From Phycisphaeraceae bacterium (GTDB taxonomy: Bacteria > Planctomycetota > Phycisphaerae > Phycisphaerales > Zrk34), in the NCBI GenBank assembly GCA_040905565.1, contig JBBDRF010000078.1, positions 1 to 64,000 of the forward strand: 64,000 bases of DNA, written 5' to 3'. Each line of letters begins with the position of its first letter. The first letter of the stretch is position 1. The translations under genes were made by a program, and so were the position numbers. Shown in pieces: positions 61,401 through 64,000 of the stretch. The notes under the pieces were generated by a model. It had not been told where the DNA came from. It searched no databases and saw only the letters and a program-made list of their open reading frames with translations.

Positions 61401-62903
61401 TCAGTCCAGCGGCTTCACGCGGACGTTGCGGTACCACACCGCATCGCCGTGATCCTGAAATCCGATGTGCCCCGAGCGCGGCAGATCCTTCAGCGCCGTG
61501 TCGAACTTGTTTTCGGTGCCGTCGGGGTTGCGGTTCGCGGTGTCCCACGTGTCGATATCAAGATCGAGCACTACCTGGCCGTTGAGGATGCCGTGGATAC
61601 GCGGCCCCTGACAGATGAGAATGAGGCGGTTCCATTCGCCGGCCGGCTTCATGGCGTTGGTCAGCGGGGCGGCGGCATCGTACAGCGACCCCGCGTCATG
61701 CCGACCGGGGTTGGGATTCGCCGCGGTGTCGTACACCTGGACCTCAAAGCCGCCCTGCACAGCGTTGCCGGGATCGGTGCGGAAGAAGATGCCGGAGTTA
61801 GTGCCCTCGGCGACCTTGAACTCAACATCAAGAATGAAGTCTTCGTAGGCGTCCTTCGTCCAGATGTAGCCGCCGTCTTCTACCAGTGCCATGTTGCCTT
61901 CGCTGTCGATTTCCCAACCGCCCTCGCGGAAGGTCCAGCGGTCGAGATCGGAGCCGTCGAAAAGCGTCTCGTAGCCTTCGTCTTTGACGACGTTCGAAGG
62001 CAGATCGTCGACATCAAGGTCGCCCAGGGCGTACTGGATGCCGTCGCGGTAGTACGTCATGATCGTCGGGTTCCAGAAGATATCTTCACGGTGACCAAGC
62101 GACGAATAGAACACGCGACCTTCGCCGTAGGTGCGGACCCAGGCGACGGCGAAGTCGCCATCGGTGCGCTTCAAGCCGCCACGGTTCATGTCCGTGTTGT
62201 CGGTGTTCAAGCTGAGCAGCACACGCAGGTAGTTCCGCGAGTAGGGGGTGCGGAACTGGTAGATTTCGTCGGTAATGCGGAAATCTGTTTCGTCGAAGCA
62301 TTCGCAGAGCAGGTGGTTCGGCTCGTTGACGTTGATGCCGACGGTGTCGCCTGCGTTCCACGGATGGCCGTCGAAGTAACCGCCGAGGAGTCGGCCGAAC
62401 TCGGGCCAGTGATAGTTTGAGTCGCCGGCGGAGTGGTAGCCGACCAGCCCGCCGCCGTTGGCGACGAACTCGAGAATACTGTGACGAAGTTCGTGCTCGA
62501 CTTCATCCTTGCTGCCTTCGAAATGCTGCATGTCTTCATCACGCGGCCGAATCCAGTCGCCGGTGGTATTGTTGAGAATCAACGCGTCGAACTGGTGCAG
62601 ATTCTCACGCGTCAGCATCTGGATGTCGTCGGTTTCGGTCGTCTCCCAGGCGCCGGTCTGCTCGCCCATCACCTTCATGGCGAAAGCGCCCTGCGGGATG
62701 GAACTATGACGGAACCCCACCGCCCGGCTCCACACCAGCACCTTGCGCGGCTCATCCACCGCAACACGCGGCTCACTGGGCACAGCCTCACGGATGCGAT
62801 CCTGATGATCCTGCGGCACCTGCGCCAGAATCCCCTCCGCCAGAGCGGCCAAACCAAAGACGGTTACCATGGCGATCGTCGCGACGTGCTTTGCGTTATA
62901 CAT
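61401..62903 (-). CDS. Secreted ThuA-like plus DUF1080 protein
   Basis: GFRHSSI, GRVFYSSLGH, LFDG.DL..W, NSGIFFR and GHIGFQDHG motifs. Confidence 0.85.
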   Translation of the reverse strand: MYNAKHVATIAMVTVFGLAALAEGILAQVPQDHQDRIREAVPSEPRVAVDEPRKVLVWSRAVGFRHSSIPQGAFAMKVMGEQTGAWETTETDDIQMLTRENLHQFDALILNNTTGDWIRPRDEDMQHFEGSKDEVEHELRHSILEFVANGGGLVGYHSAGDSNYHWPEFGRLLGGYFDGHPWNAGDTVGINVNEPNHLLCECFDETDFRITDEIYQFRTPYSRNYLRVLLSLNTDNTDMNRGGLKRTDGDFAVAWVRTYGEGRVFYSSLGHREDIFWNPTIMTYYRDGIQYALGDLDVDDLPSNVVKDEGYETLFDGSDLDRWTFREGGWEIDSEGNMALVEDGGYIWTKDAYEDFILDVEFKVAEGTNSGIFFRTDPGNAVQGGFEVQVYDTAANPNPGRHDAGSLYDAAAPLTNAMKPAGEWNRLILICQGPRIHGILNGQVVLDLDIDTWDTANRNPDGTENKFDTALKDLPRSGHIGFQDHGDAVWYRNVRVKPLD

Positions 62904-62997
62904 ACGGCTCTCCCGTGAGTGAACAGTGGCTATAAGAGACTTATCTACTATACCAGCGCGGCCCGATTGAGCATACACCGAAAGGCCGGCTGGGCCG

Positions 62998-64000
62998 TCA
63001 GAGAACCTTGAAGGCATCAAGATGAAACGCCGTCGCGTCGACGACTTCCCGGTGGCCGCATTCTTCGACGGCCGGCGGCTCGCCGCCTGAGAGAATCTCC
63101 AGCACCGTCCGCACCCCGCGTGACAGCGACTCCAGTTGATAGCCGCCTTCGAGGACGAGCGCCAGCCGCCCCTGGCAATGCTCGTCCGCCAGTTCCTGCA
63201 CGATGCGTGTCACGTTCGCCAGACCTTCGTAGCCGCAGTTCAGGCAGAGGTCCATGCGGTGCGGATCGAACCCCGCCGACACCAGAATCAGGTCAGGCTT
63301 GAACCACTGAGCAGCCGGCACGAGAATTTCGCGAAAAGCCTTCACCAGCGCCAGGTCGCCCGCCCCCCCAGGCAGCGGCACGTTGACGGTGGTGCCTTCG
63401 CCGAGGCCGGCACCGACCTCGTCAAGATGGCCCGAGCCGGGATAGAACGGTGCGGCGCGATGCGTGTCGAAGAAGAGTACATCCGGGTCCGCCCAGAAGA
63501 TGTCCTGCGTACCGTTGCCGTGATGGGCGTCCCAGTCCACGATCAAGACGCGTTCGCAATCCAGCGACGTCTGCGCATGCGCCGCCGCCACAGCCACATT
63601 GTTGAACAGGCAGAAACCCCGCGCACGGACCGGCTCCGCGTGATGGCCCGGCGGTCGGCAAAGGGCGAAGGCGCTGTCGGCCCGGCCGGCGACGACGGCT
63701 TCGACTGCTGCGATGGCCGACCCTGCCGCCACCTCCGCCGCTTCCACGCTCCCGGGTGAAACGGCCGTGGTGTCGACATCCAGCCAGGCGGACTTGCCGC
63801 GCAGCCGAAAAATTTCACGCAGGTAGGACGTGGTATGCACCCGGCCGAGTTGCTGTTCGGTCGCGATGACGCCCGGCTCGAAGAAGACGCCGGGCACCGG
63901 TTCGCTGCGTAGCAGGTCCATGATCTCCGTTACACGGCCGGGGTGCTCGGGGTACTTCCACCGCACAGCCAGCCCGTCGAGAATCTCGCGCACCCGCCGG
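62998..64000 (-). CDS. Histone deacetylase family protein (5' end outside the window)
   Basis: [34 protein letters not shown] and LEGGY motifs. Confidence 0.92.
   Translation of the reverse strand, partial: RRVREILDGLAVRWKYPEHPGRVTEIMDLLRSEPVPGVFFEPGVIATEQQLGRVHTTSYLREIFRLRGKSAWLDVDTTAVSPGSVEAAEVAAGSAIAAVEAVVAGRADSAFALCRPPGHHAEPVRARGFCLFNNVAVAAAHAQTSLDCERVLIVDWDAHHGNGTQDIFWADPDVLFFDTHRAAPFYPGSGHLDEVGAGLGEGTTVNVPLPGGAGDLALVKAFREILVPAAQWFKPDLILVSAGFDPHRMDLCLNCGYEGLANVTRIVQELADEHCQGRLALVLEGGYQLESLSRGVRTVLEILSGGEPPAVEECGHREVVDATAFHLDAFKVL

Overview
GC-rich bacterial chromosome segment, most likely Planctomycetota (Phycisphaerae-like). This is inferred from the DUF1501/DUF1549-DUF1553/planctomycete cytochrome c-WD40 module, a prepilin-type gene and a short GlmU. 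Most of the window is housekeeping: eno, leuB, tRNA-Gln-glmU'-prs-rplY-pth-rpsF-ssb-rplI, folC, leuD, ffh and aspC. It also holds a BrnT-like/XRE toxin-antitoxin pair, a four-gene DUF1501 operon, a complete bacillithiol operon, an arsM-like/arsS/DedA-DUF547/flavoprotein reductase cluster, and envelope genes. The best leads are: (1) a lower-GC DUF4062 (TIR/NDT-like) gene inserted inside the bsh operon that ends in an SSB-type acidic tip (EDDIPF), a candidate SSB-mimic defence protein; (2) a methyltransferase coupled to bshC, suggesting N-methyl-bacillithiol synthesis; (3) a promoter-driven, highly structured non-coding leader with possible pseudoknot or switch upstream of tRNA-Gln; (4) the arsenic or arsenosugar-type cluster. 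Three families of REP-like intergenic repeats are present. No CRISPR array, rRNA, transposase or integrase was seen. All family calls come from motif recognition by eye, not from database searches.
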